Assembly (NCBI GenBank): GCA_002269645.1
Contig: NIVC01003993.1
Span: forward strand, 2,038-66,037
DNA length: 64,000 bases
Direction of reading: 5' to 3'
From: Macrostomum lignano
Lineage: Eukaryota
Shown here: in pieces, positions 25,545 to 41,062 of the stretch
Position numbering within the stretch: position 1 is the stretch's first letter
Layout of the letters: each line of letters begins with the position of its first letter
Notes under the pieces: generated by a model
Database searches by the model: none
What the model was told of the DNA's origin: nothing
The model's input: the letters and a program-made list of their open reading frames with translations, nothing else
Program-made: the position numbers and the translations under genes

Positions 25545-26919
25545 CTAGAGTTCATTCGATTTCTTGAACAACACATTCTTGCTGATCACGACAATCTCGA
25601 CGACCTTATGCTTTTGCCCGACGAAGAATTCATTTCTACGGTGCCGAAGTAACAACTCAACGCAAAGAAATCTAAAACGGCTAACGAACCGGGTACGTCG
25701 GTTGTTCCGAATGCCAAATCGCACGAAGTTTGTTTGTCTGACGTTGTTGCGATGGATGATGCGGTGTTCCAAGCTTTGCCGCGTACAACCCGAGAGCAGA
25801 TGCTTGAGCATGGAGACCGATTGGCCCGATTTGTCAAGATGAAAAGCAGTACCGCTGAACTATCTACCATGCAACCAACGATGCTGAACGAGTAGATTTT
25901 TCTACTACACTCTGAAAACAAAGCAGAGAAGTATATATTCTTCAGCTTCGTTTGTCTGTATTAGAGCTGGCATACAGCAGGTATTTCGAGTTCTATCTTA
26001 AGAGGAAGGTCAATCTGAAAGGTGATGATTGTTTCGCGAGTTCCAACCGGATGTTAGAGACGATGGCTAAAGTTTGTTGCCGCTGGTGGAGACGTCAAGC
26101 ACTATGCTCTGATTGAACCGAAGGACATGGAAAAGCTAAAGCGCTACTTCAATGAGTCGAATGGAAAAATTTCAAGCGATGAACGACTGCAAGACGAGGT
26201 CTTCTTCATTTCGATGTACACGTTTGGAGAGCGCGGACAGGAACATGCGGAACATCTAACGAAGAAAGATGGAATTTCGTTTGGGCTAGACAGCGAGGAG
26301 CGTGAATATGCCTATCTGCCACATTTGCCGTCGAAAAATCGTGGTCGATTTCCTCTTAAGCAAGCTGCTAGTGCTGATGGCAAGCAAGTGCGCATGTATG
26401 ACACCGCTATCTTGAAGCGCTACCTAGAACGCTTACCAGCTACCACCAAGGATGCTAGCCTATTCCCGAAGCCACTGAAGGCCGGGAGAAGGCAAGGGCT
26501 TCTCAACGATGGTGAATCGCTAGGCAAGAACTGCTGGAACAACTTTACGAAAACTTTGAGTACGAAGGCTGGCTTGCATAAGCAATACACAAACCACTGT
26601 ATTAGGTAGGTCAAATGGCCTCTGTTCATGCTTTATAATTTAACAAAAAGTTTATATTTTAATTTTCATATCTTTAAATGTGCATCACCTTCTTTTGCCT
26701 AGGGTTACTCGCATTTGCGACCTGCATTCGATAGGCCATAGTATCGACGAAATCGTGGCGGTTACTGGACACAAGTGCGAGAAGAGTGTGCGTGGCTATC
26801 TAAGGTTGCAAAGGGATTCCAGTCTATACCGTGCGTCAATGGCTGTGCAGTGCGTTGAACTGTGTTTAGCCGATGCAGTCCGAGTCCAGCCGTGTCGAGA
26901 ATTTTCAGGCAGTCCATGA
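25545..26919 (+). pseudogene. Crypton-like (DUF3504-type) tyrosine recombinase YR1, degenerate 5' half, one spliceosomal intron 26606-26702
   Basis: LQDEVFF..TFGERGQE (catalytic R), SLFPKP, LGKN, YTNHCIR, VTGHKCEKSVRGY (H, Y); in-frame stops at ~25650 and ~25893 plus frameshifts upstream. Confidence 0.85.
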
Positions 26920-27261
26920 ACCTTCAAGCAAAGTCATTGTAATGGATCCACCAGCTGAGATGACCCACCAAATGGGTCTATCGGAGGAGCATTGTTCAAG
27001 AGCTGAACCTGGTAGTTTAAGTGGTAGCTAATTATCAGCCTCAAGTATTCCAGCAATTCATCCTGAGAGTTGTCTCTTATTTAAATGTTTGACTATCGTT
27101 CGGAAAAGCTAGTAGAAGAGGAGACGATGGATATAGGAAAGTCAGGGTGATATCTTTAAATACAGCCGTTTAGCTTTGTCAGAAATTCTGCTTTTAAAGC
27201 CATTACATTCTTTTATGAACTCTTACTCTCACTTATTCATTATTGCAGGCATATTTTAGAC

Positions 27262-28305
27262 ATGAAGAAAGGTAAAACTGCTGTCAGACTGTCAATAATA
27301 CTTTTCATTTTAAACTTTCATGGGCTTTAATTTCATTTTAGACTTTTTAGGTTGTCGATACAACAGCTGCTTGGCTTTCTGGCATGCTGCCAGTGCAGGG
27401 CCGGAGACTCAGGTGCAGGTGAGGTGCCTGTCCGAGGCCGCCGTGATTTACCGAGCGCAGGCGAGCAGCGATGTGCATGCTCTGTGATCGCGTCGAACAA
27501 ACAGAAAGTCGGAATCATTTTGGCCCAGTTCGAGCCGGCCTCTCTCCGCTGCAGTCTCTTCCGCTACCAGTCTGTGTGTCGCGACCTTGTCTCTGGCGGT
27601 GCGAGCAGCGACTGCCGAGTGCTCATCCGATTTCCGATCAAATATCCGGCTCAGCTCAACCCGAAGCTCACAAACGTGTGGCTCGGAGACGACATGTCTG
27701 CATTTGAGAATGTCGTGTGCCAGGCGGACGAAGAGACCAACCGAATTTATCCGGTCGGAGTCCAGTGGACAGAGGAGGGCGCCGCGTTCGATGGGAGCAG
27801 CTCGTTTCTGGCCATGAACAAGAGCAACATCGGGTTCGGCACAGGCGTCACGGTGCGGCTCAGGATGAAGCAACAGCCGCGGGTGCAGGCCTTCTTCGAT
27901 TTTCTAAATTGTTCTGACTTCGAAACCGGACCCTACTACCACCGTATCTGAAGGTTCGACTCTGCATCTAAACTCCTTTTTGTTATCTAAACCGAAGCCG
28001 GTGCTGCTCCCACACGTTATCAATCTTCGACAACTCCGCTGACTTAGAACGCCAACGAGTGGGTGAACATCGACTACAGCGGCTGACTCGTGGGGAGCGT
28101 TCGTGAACGACGCCTTCTTGCCGACGGCCTCTGTCAGCCTGATTGCTAATTATAGCTATACTCTGCTGCCTCAGTTCTGCTTCAGGGGTTCGGCAAGCGA
28201 CTCAATAATGACCGAATGTTCAAAGGCGCAGTGCGGGCCATCGCCATGAGCAGCAGTTTCATGTCCGAAGGCGAGATCGGCGAATTCTTCGCTGCTATCC
28301 ATTGA
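27262..28305 (+). pseudogene. PAN-like/LamG paralog 3, pseudogene
   Basis: ATG AAG AAA G|gt first exon; compensating 8-nt and 1-nt deletions; TGA at 27949, further stops; C-terminus FGKRLNNDRMFKGAVRAIAM..EIGEFFAAIH*. Confidence 0.85.
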
Positions 28306-28623
28306 TTTAGACTGTGTTACATGTACAATCGCAATGTCAGCAATATCATATCTCTGTTTAACGTTAATGGCAAGTGATGTACCGGCATATGAAAATCTGT
28401 TTGGCTTCTGTGTGAACTTATATTGCATCCCACTAAACTGTACCACTGTGTCAGACCAAATTTCTGATTTTACAAAGACTCTAAGTAGTTATATCTAGAT
28501 GCATGACTCTTCAGAACTAAATAGAGACTTCAAAATCATTGCGAAACTATGACAACTCACGCAAACCTCACATCAGCAGCTAATCAAGAACCAATTATAC
28601 TCTGCAGAAACCATACAATGGAT

Positions 28624-28726
28624 AAATAATCAGCGGTCCCAGTGCGTGACAACGATTGTCTGGCGAGCGCCGGTAGGCGCGAGCCATAGACAAATCGTTG
28701 TCACGCACTGGGACCGCTGATTATTT
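28624..28726. repeat. Foldback palindrome with perfect 34-bp arms, GCCGGTAGGC loop and CCATAGAC
   Basis: 28624-28657 is the reverse complement of 28693-28726. Confidence 0.92.
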
Positions 28727-28999
28727 GCATTCTTTTTCTGTTTGCCGATCCTACAGACAATGCATTGTTTGTAGTAATGGATTGTTCTGCATAAAATATG
28801 CGAATAATGATCGTCAAATTGCTAAACAATGACGTAGTTTCGTTGCTCGTCTTAAACTAAATATAGTCGCCTACTAATTTAGCTTTTGAACAAAGAAGGA
28901 TTTGACCATAGAATTGCACTCTGTTGACTTTGATAGAGTCAATATTTAACGCTTAATATGATCGTTTAATATATTTCGAGTTATCAAGTTGTACTTGTA

Positions 29000-30024
29000 T
29001 ATACCTTTCAATTTCGAATTCGTCAAAAGTGAGTTCAAATTCGTAGGCCATAGCAAATTCAATGCTGTTGCTCAGCAGCCGCGGCCCAGTAGTCTATGGC
29101 CGGCTGGCTCAGAAAGTGAGTTCGAATTCGACAAAGAAAGTGAAATTCGTCAGTTCAAATACAGCCTGATCAGAAAATATCTTTGCTTTTGTCTATGCAA
29201 AAAATATGGTGGCTATGGTAAATTTAAGTAAAAAGTGAGTGAATTTCGTCTGTGGAAAACTAGCCCAGATTTTCGAAATTTTCATGCTTTAATTGTCGTT
29301 AGAAATTCCCTACACGAGAATTTCTAATGCGCAGCGTGGACAGAATCTGACGGTAGCGCTCGCTGTTAGCCCGCAGTTGGGACTGGTCCATCACCGCATC
29401 TTTGTGGGAGGCTTTACAGCGGACAGATTTTGTGAATTTATGATTGAAGTCGGGACCCTCGTTGATGATGAATTCATGGCACTTGCTGACAACGCCAGAG
29501 CACACGGTTTTGTGAATTTCTGGCGACTTGACCAGAAGCTTCAGTTCTTGCCACCTGACTCGCCTTTCTTGAACGCCACTGAAATGGCGATTTCTTGCAT
29601 GAAGGCGGCCCTGAAGCAGCGCTTGACTGATCCTCAAGTCGTCTTTGAAGTTAATGATCGTCAGGCGGCAGTAGCGGCAGGTGAGACCCTGCAGAACCGG
29701 CGTCTTCGCATTTTGGGTCGAGAAGTGGAAGCTGTAATGGCTGCGATCACGGAGGAGAAATGCAGGCAATGGCATGAATTCACACTTTGTTACGGACCGC
29801 GGTGTCTGGCCCACGCAGACATTTTTGATTGATTGGATTGACTGTCAGATAATTTGGTCCTATTAAAGTCTTGTCGCGATTTTGCTCGTCTGTTTTCCTG
29901 TTCTTTTTGTTCTGTTACTGTTGTGCTTTCCCTGTTATCAATGTTGAACTGACGAATTTTACTTATATTTTTACTCTGTCCAATTCGAACCCACTTTTGA
30001 CGAATTCAAAATTGAAAAGGTATA
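29000..30024 (+). mobile_element. Internally deleted Tc1/IS630-like DNA transposon with partial DDE transposase (29293-29832)
   Basis: ~42-bp TIRs TATACCTTTCAATTTCGAATTCGTCAAAAGTG with TA ends; DNARAH and FLPPDSPFLNATE motifs; N-terminal half missing. Confidence 0.9.
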
Positions 30025-30491
30025 TTGAAAAGGTGTATAAGGTATAAAGTTTGAACTTTCTCAGTCAGACACTGGCGCATGTGTTGTCTCTGGCCCAACC
30101 TGTATTATACCAATACCATAGACTAATACCGCGACCCTCGGATTCTCCATCTTTCTGCCCGAATAAGGTCTTTGGTATCGCTATCGGTAAGGCTAGCAAG
30201 CCCTCACGATATATATATTTGCAGTTAGTCAGAATATCAGCCAGCGTGGAGGGGGTGGGTGAAATGGGCCTGGACTAAATCAGCGTACATAGCAACAAAT
30301 AATAGGCACGTACATTAAATCATGCATTATAAGGAAAACCAATAAGTTAATAGTCTACCTCCCGAACACTACCCAAACGGCCGTTATGCAGAAAGCTTAG
30401 TCCAGACTAGCTAGTCCGGACTTGGGTAGTTCAGTCTATAGTCTATGGTCTAGCTTCCTTAGTTCTGTCTATAGTAGACCGGTCTAACTAT

Positions 30492-30665
30492 GGGCCGTAT
30501 GCAGAAAGCTTAGTCCAGACTAGCTAGTCTATAGTCTATGGTCTAGCTACCCTAGTTCTGTCTAAATTAGACCGGTCTGACTTTGCGTTTCTGCATACCA
30601 AATCCAAGTCCAGGCTAGCTTTTCAAGACCGGACTACCCTAGACAGAACTTTCTGCATACGGCCC
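30492..30665. mobile_element. Small MITE with perfect 17-bp TIR GGGCCGTATGCAGAAAG; partial second left end at ~30378
   Basis: 30492-30508 versus 30649-30665; resembles PIF/Harbinger termini; no TSD found. Confidence 0.75.
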
Positions 30666-30806
30666 AAGGAGTATTGAGGTCAATACTCTTTGTTCCTACC
30701 CTAATTTGCAAGGGCGGGCAGAAACGCCATTTCTTGCCCGGTCTATGGTAACTCCATACTATTTGAGTGTGAACCTTTTCGAATTTTCATTTCCTGCCCG
30801 CTGCCG

Positions 30807-32742
30807 ATGTCTATGGTAAAATTCACGGGTTAATGCTTCGTATGTGTCTCAAGTTTACTGTAATTTCAGTTTCTCTGCTAAATATCTTGAATTGTATTAA
30901 ACATAGAAGTACTATCTCGATACATGTCTCTCCTTGACTTGAAGTCGATTCACGGTGGCGTTATAAGCGGTTTGCATCATGACGAGATGGATTTCTTAAA
31001 GTTATTCGCTGGGCAAGGACGATTAATTGACCAGTGGACTGGATTGCCGAATTCAGGAGTTGGAACCAGCAGAGCTTTGGATCCGGAATTGGATGCTCTA
31101 CTGAAAGATCTTGCAGATCTATCATTTGAACAAGCTTCTGAACATGACTTTCGAGAGCTCAACGACACTGAGATTCTCGGTATCCAAGCTGTGGAGACGA
31201 CTGCTCGAACGCAATCAACTGATGTGAAGACAAGGCAGCACGTTGCATTGCTTTAGCAGTTTCTGCAGTCTAATGGTCTTCCGGACAACATCGAAGGCAT
31301 GCCAGAGCGATACCTGGTGCAATACCTGAGACTCTGGTTTGTTTCTCTCAAGCGTAAAGACGGGAATTCCTACAGTGTCAACAGTCTGGTTGGATTTCGT
31401 GCCAGCATTCATCGCTATTTGAAACAGGAGCGCGACATTGAGGTAATTGGGAATCCTGTGTTCATCGCCTTCGAGCGCACGTACAAAGCAATGCTAACTG
31501 CTTCGGTGAAGGCTGCACGTGTTGTTGGAGAGGACATTGGATTCCGCCAAATTGAGGAAGTTGACAAGAAGAAACTGGCTGAGTACTTCGACCGCAGCAA
31601 TCCGACGAAGCTGCAGGATGAGGTGTTTTTTTCTCATTGCCTGGCACTTCGGATTTCGCGGCCGCGAATGGATGCGAGATTTGGCACCTGATGTTTTCGT
31701 GTTCGGTGTAGAAGGGGACAAGTGTTGCTCTTTGAAGATTAGTGGCAAAGAGAAGACTACAAATGCTGATAATCCAACAACAAATAAGCACATTAAAATG
31801 TTTGCTACTAAAAGCAAGAAACATTGTCCAGTTGCTGCTGTTCATCTGTATCTGGCACTTCTACCAATGGACTGCAAGGTACTGTTTCCGAGACCTTTGG
31901 CCAAGTTTTCCCCTGGGAAATGTTACAGTCCTTCGCAGGTGATTGGAAAAAACACTCTAAATGATATGATGACCAACATCTCCATGCGAGCTGGACTATC
32001 TACCAGGTATACTAACCACTGCATCAGACCTTCGGTGGTTACATCACTGGTTGATAAGGGAGTTTCTGTCCAAGACATTCAGGCTGTAACTGGACACAAG
32101 CGCGCAGAGTCTGTACAATGTTACACAAAGAGGATCAGTTCCGAGAAGAAGCAGAAGCTATCCAATTGTCTCAGTGAGTGCCTTCACCCGGAAGATCGCA
32201 TTGATAGTGTTCAGATCTGCGATGCTTCGGCCACGGTTCCGACTGTTAGTGTCAATCCGGCATCTCCCAATGTGTCAGGTAGTGCGACGGCGACGAATGC
32301 TCTAACTGGCCAGCCTCAACAGTTGGTTGGGCCTTTTAATAATTGTGCCTTCAATTTTTATTATAAGTGAGTGATTGAGCAGACATTTGAAAGTGAGTCA
32401 TTACTCACGAAAGACTAGTTTTGTTAGCAATTTGTTCACTATTTAAATGGAAATATAAAAAACACCACCCTAACGTACTCAATGGCTAATCTCGTAAGTT
32501 TTTCGTGCTATATTCTCTAATTATTGGTTTACTATATTAAATTTGAATATGAAAATTCCATCCATCATTGTACCATGACCTTTGTGCCCGCTGGGCACTT
32601 ATTCCTGCCATTTAATGCCATAGACTACATTTAAGCCCGCTTACAGGAGCCAAACTTACTTTAATGCAAATTAGCGGGCAGTTAATGACATTAACTGCCC
32701 GCTAATTTTGTCCCACTTTGTCAAGGACACAAATGTCTATGG
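30807..32742 (+). mobile_element. Crypton-like element YR2 bounded by 10-bp direct repeats ATGTCTATGG
   Basis: Direct repeats at 30807-30816 and 32733-32742 enclose the YR coding region and a 20-bp-arm hairpin (32668-32708); no TIR-plus-TSD structure. Confidence 0.7.
30924..32370 (+). pseudogene. Tyrosine recombinase YR2 (DUF3504/Crypton type), intronless; one TAG (31254) and one extra T (~31630)
   Basis: KRKDGNSYSVNSL..FRASIHRYL, LQDEVFFLIAWHFGFRGRE, HCPV, LFPRP, IGKNTL, YTNHCIRPS, VTGHKRAESVQCY; all catalytic R-H-R-H-Y residues retained. Confidence 0.9.
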
Positions 32743-32859
32743 CACAATGATAGTAATACCCATGACTTACTTGACTTAGCTGCAGGGGGCTCCGTGCGTC
32801 CGGAAACAGCGAGGAGGCGTTGCCGCCCATTTCGCTAACCCCTGGCGACCACGGGCAGC

Positions 32860-36604
<3,745 letters not shown>

Positions 36605-36608
<4 letters not shown>

Positions 36609-38077
36609 GGCGAGTTGTGCAGGAGAGCTGCCTCTTCTGCCTCGCCGATAGCTCCAGGCTCCAGCTCCATGGGCTCCTCCCGGATGGATTCCATGGTCGA
36701 GGGCGAGGTCGCTACCTGGGCGGCATTCTCGCTCTCGGCCCGGTTTTCCGGGGGGGGGGCCGCAGTGGTGACACTGGGCTGGGGGTGGCTGCGGTTGGGG
36801 GCCTTGGCGGTGTCCAGCAGCTGCTTCGCGCGCTGAGTCAGACCAGAGCGGATAGTGTTCCGGGCGAGTTTCCGGCCCTTTCCACGTCCGCCTGTTGCTG
36901 CAGCTTTCGCGGCTTTTTCTCTGACAGGGTCCACGTCCTCGGAGGGGTCGTGACGACCGGGAGCTTCTTTTCCTGGGCGTTTCCGCCCGGCAGAGCCCCC
37001 GACTGCCCGCTTACGCTTCTCCGGGGGCGGTGGGCGGGTGGCGTCAGACTCAAAGCTAAATAGCTGAATCTGCAACAGCCCGACAGAGATGATGGACATG
37101 TCCGGATAGCGGAGCATCCAGCTATCCGACAGTCCAAGAATAGCCGTGAAACCGTCTCCGCCCGGCTTGGAGATGGTCTCGTGAACTACGACACCGTTGG
37201 CCGGTAGCTCCGGGTTGGAAGCCACTAGCAGGTGACGCAGCTCGTCGGCCTTGGTGATGCAGCTGCGAGCCGGGATCCAGGCACGGTGCCGGTGTGTCCG
37301 GGGTCGCTCGTCCTCCCTGTAGATGAACAGGTTCTCCAGCTCCGTACCCCAGTCGAAGGTTTTCAGCAGCTCGAGGAGCTGCTGCCCTGACTGGCTGTCG
37401 GTGGGCTGGATATGGAGGGCTTGGTCCTCGACTTTCGTCTTTTGGACTCGAATAGTGGTGCCGCTCAAGGCCATCTTGACCAGGTGGGAGTCCAACCTGC
37501 GCCAGATAAGGTCGAGCTGTTCGGCCGTAAGAGGCGTCTCCTGGCCTTGGATAACCAGGGCCGGCTGCCTCTTGGCCATAGCCGCGTAGGTTCGCTTCGG
37601 CTTTGTGGTTTGGCCAGCGCCCGCCGCTTTGGATCCCTCCACGGCCGTGGGAGCTTCCACACGGGCAGAGGTCCGGTCACGGGAGGGGCCAGCCGCACCA
37701 GGAGCTTCGGCGGCACCTGACGCATCAGACCGGCGCGCGGGGTCCACCCCCTTGTCGGATGTCGGCTCCTCCGCGGGGTTCGCAGAGTTACCGGCACCCT
37801 CCTCAGAGGTGGCCGGAGGGGCGGCTTTCGCATTCCTCCGTTCCTCCGCTTTGCGCTGGAGGAAGGCTTTGTAGCGAGCAATGCTACGGGCCTTCTTTTT
37901 CGAAATCTGAGGTCCGCTGTCTTGTCCAGCCACTCCGGTATTATCCTGAGCGGCGGCAGCGGCAGATTGAGAGGCACCGGGGGTTCCGGTGTTGCGAATG
38001 TCCGGCTGGGCCGCGGTGCCAACCTCGGTTGGTGCTCCAGCAGCCTCGGACGCGTCGGAGGTAAATGAATACTCCAT
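36605..38077 (-). CDS. LINE ORF1 (gag-like, 490 aa, intact)
   Basis: ATG-initiated ORF upstream of ORF2; Ala/Pro-rich N-terminus, central globular region, basic C-terminus. Confidence 0.85.
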
Positions 38078-38682
38078 GAGTCGCTGAAAGGCGAGTGGGG
38101 ACTAAAGGTGAGAAGCCGCTGGGCCGTAACCCCAAACCCAACAACCAGGCCAAGAGGTAGCGACCGGGGGTGGCTTAAGCCCGTACCGGCCCGACCGCTA
38201 GCAACCGAGAAACTCCCCGGCTAAGAGCCCGGCTTGGAAAAACCAGAGGCCGAACCAAAGGACCATCAGCACGGTACTACACTGGGCCCTTGAGGGAAGC
38301 AGGAGGACTGCCTCCGGAGCCTGCGGACTGGCCGCATACCCTGTTAAGGTCAGAGGGTGGTACCTGTTCCTCAGAGCCGTGGCCAGAGGTACCTGATACG
38401 CACAGGTGCACTTCCGGGCGGAGCCCGTACCCAACTTGGCCAAAAGGCCACGGATGGGTTGCCGCCGCCGGAGCCCAGTCAGTTCAGCAGCCCTAGAGCT
38501 GCCTTGAACACATGCGGGGCGTGAACCCCTGGGTCGGCTTGCGAGTCAGCTTTGAGAGAGTTCTCCTGCCATTCCTGCACCAGAATAGAGGGGGTGCAGG
38601 TGTGTAGGATCGCAGACCTTAGCTCGTAGGCCTAATCTGTCTCATGCTACACAGGCGTGCTGTACCCGCCATTGCATGCTAG

Positions 38683-38777
38683 TAATACCCATGCTTTGCG
38701 GGCGTTAATGAGAAATCCTCGGGCGCCTAACGGCGACCTCTGATTTTCCCATTAACGCCCTTAAAGCATGGGTATTA
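38683..38777. repeat. Foldback palindrome (~35-bp arms) into whose left arm the LINE inserted
   Basis: TAATACCCATGCTTT..GGGCGTTAATG.GAAATC / GATTTTCCCATTAACGCCC..AAAGCATGGGTATTA; the TSD overlaps the arm. Confidence 0.85.
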
Positions 38778-39407
38778 ATGTACTATTACGTACTAACTGG
38801 TTAATAAGTATTTCGTGATCTTTAATTGTCTATAGTTAATTCAATGTTGGTGCTAAAATATATTCAGTTGTTGTCTATGGCAAAAACGCGCTGTTTCTTT
38901 TACACTAAAAGGATGGAAGATTTCTTTCACATTCCTGCCCAGCAAATCGGATAGGAATTGTTATGTAGGTTTTTAAACAATAGTGATTTTAGGAGGGGAT
39001 TTTTCTTGTATTGTGACTTGTTTGGTATAAATTTATTGTTTAATATACTTTTTTGCGATTGAATTCGTCCAAACTGCAAAACCTTTCGTCCACAAATGCT
39101 TTCTTAATGGGAGCTAAATTTAGATCATACCATAGACAACTGTGTTCACGCAAAACGGTTGAACAAATATGAAATAATAAAATAACTGTTACATATTTGC
39201 ATGCACTTGTGCTTGATCTATCTGCTAAGAATTTAGTCTATGGTTGAAACCATATATACTCGTATGATAATTGGTGCAAGCTCAAGAAGAGCCTCTGCCC
39301 TTCTTTTATTCTTGAGCAAATATACGCCCGCTGGCATCTTCACGTCAAGCAACTGATCTCGTGTCTGTTTCTACGGTGTCCCAAACAAAACAATAACAAC
39401 TGATTAC

Positions 39408-39576
39408 ACCTGCCCTAATGGGCAGATGTGCAACCGACAGCTCAGCCGCAGCTATTGCGCAGCGCATCTGAAGGCTGCGTACGGCTGTTCAGTCCAATGA
39501 CTGGGGGGTCGCCACACACAGCCTCAATTACCCCCGCTAATGCTGGCACCCATTTTACAGCTGGGTGAACTGAAGC
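39408..39576. repeat. Dispersed SINE/LINE-tail-like repeat, copy 1 (second copy at ~42557-42700)
   Basis: Shared CCCATTTTACAGCTGGGTGAACTGAAGC and collinear upstream blocks. Confidence 0.7.
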
Positions 39577-39989
39577 CAGTGCTGGGCGTTAACTAGTTAA
39601 TTGTTTAACTAGTTAATTAACTAGTTAAATTTTTTTAAAAATCGTTAAATTTTCGTTAAATTTTTTATGTATTAACTAGTTAACAAAAATCGTTAATTTT
39701 TTTCTGTAAGTTAAAGTTAAATGACAAAAGTTAATAATTCCGGGAAATGGAGTTCCCCGGGTTCAAAATCCGCGGGTTTCAACAGCATGTATGCCATTAA
39801 AAAGTAAAATTAATGCATACATAAAATAACTTCGCCTTTCTAAGCATTATTTAACGCGTCACAAACTATTACATGTATATTATTTCAGTTACAAGTTATA
39901 ATGTATAGAATATTCCGGAAGATTCTGGAATCTTCAACTATTATCTATTGATATTCTACTCAAGGACTACTAGAAGTTATCGTTGTACA

Positions 39990-41062
39990 TAGGGATGTCG
40001 ATTCCCCGGGGAATTTTCTTATCGGGGACCCGGGTAATTTACTGTCATTCCCCGGGGACCCCGGGGACTCCGGGGAAAAAATAAGTAAAAAACGGCGGAT
40101 AACTTAGATCTTAAGTCACTAAGTGGCATTTCTTAAACTTTGATTAAAGCTTTGGATGGACTACATGTTCAAGGCGCAAGGGTAAAAACTTTAAGCAATG
40201 TTTGTTTAAAACTGTATTTGACAACGTGGCATCACCAAATCGTGCGCGCACCTTTATCAGAAAGGGTCCAGACTCCGGAGGCGGAAAATGCATACTCAGC
40301 AGCTGCAGTCGAGGGAGGATAATTAATGAATGAGACTGTTTTTATAATCGGAATTTTAATTTCTTGCAGATACATGTAAATCACCATTTTGTCCTGTCTA
40401 ATAGGGAGTATTTTGTTATTGTATGACACCCCCCTATGCGTCAGTGACTGACGCAGGATACAGCGCTGTGCCTGCGTCAAATGCGTCAAGCCATCAACGC
40501 AGACCAACACAATAGTCAGTAAGGCTTCTTTTTCCTGACGGGTTTCTACGCTCGTACGTTCAATTTGCTTGATTGAAAGACTCATAGTGAAAAAAACATT
40601 CAAACGGGTCGCTTTCATAAGACCGAAATTTCACAACGCCGAAAAGCACTACCCTTCACAAGACCGAAACTTCAAAAGACCGAAATTTCACAACGCCGAA
40701 AATTCTGCATGCAATACAATCCTTATTGTAAGGTTTTCTACGATGTGAAACTTCGATCTTATGAAGCTTCGGTCTTGCGAAGTATGGTGTTTCGGCGCTG
40801 TGAAATTTCGGTCTTATGAACCCCCCCCCCATTCAAACGTGTGTTGTGTTTGAAATAATACATTGAAATAAGCAGTTTTGCGGTAAAAAAGCATAGACAG
40901 AGTTTCAATCAGCTTTCTGTGAATGATTTTCTTATTTAAATGGCAAAAATTTAGTTAAAAATGCTTTTTTTCTCCCCGGGGTCCCCGGTCTAATTCCCCG
41001 GGGAGTATTCCCCGACAAGCTCCCCGAACCCCGGGGAGCCCTCCCCGGGGTCGACATCCCTA
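39990..41062. mobile_element. Nested non-autonomous hAT element, TIR TAGGGATGTCGA, CCCCGGGG subterminal repeats
   Basis: 8-bp TSD GTTGTACA / GTTGTATA. Confidence 0.88.
40606..40829. mobile_element. Nested Mutator-like MITE
   Basis: ~31-bp IR TTCATAAGACCGAAATTTCACA.CGCCGAAA; 9-bp TSD CATTCAAAC. Confidence 0.82.

Noticed and set aside
29293-29832. Bacterial IS630 contamination or horizontal transfer
   Set aside because: Eukaryotic Tc1/IS630-like elements have the same motifs, a matching MITE lies at 12021-12466, and the flanks are host-like.
38500-38679. HDV-like ribozyme at the LINE 5' end (GCTAAG motif present)
   Set aside because: I could not build consistent P1/P2/P3 pairings by eye; a covariance-model search would be needed.
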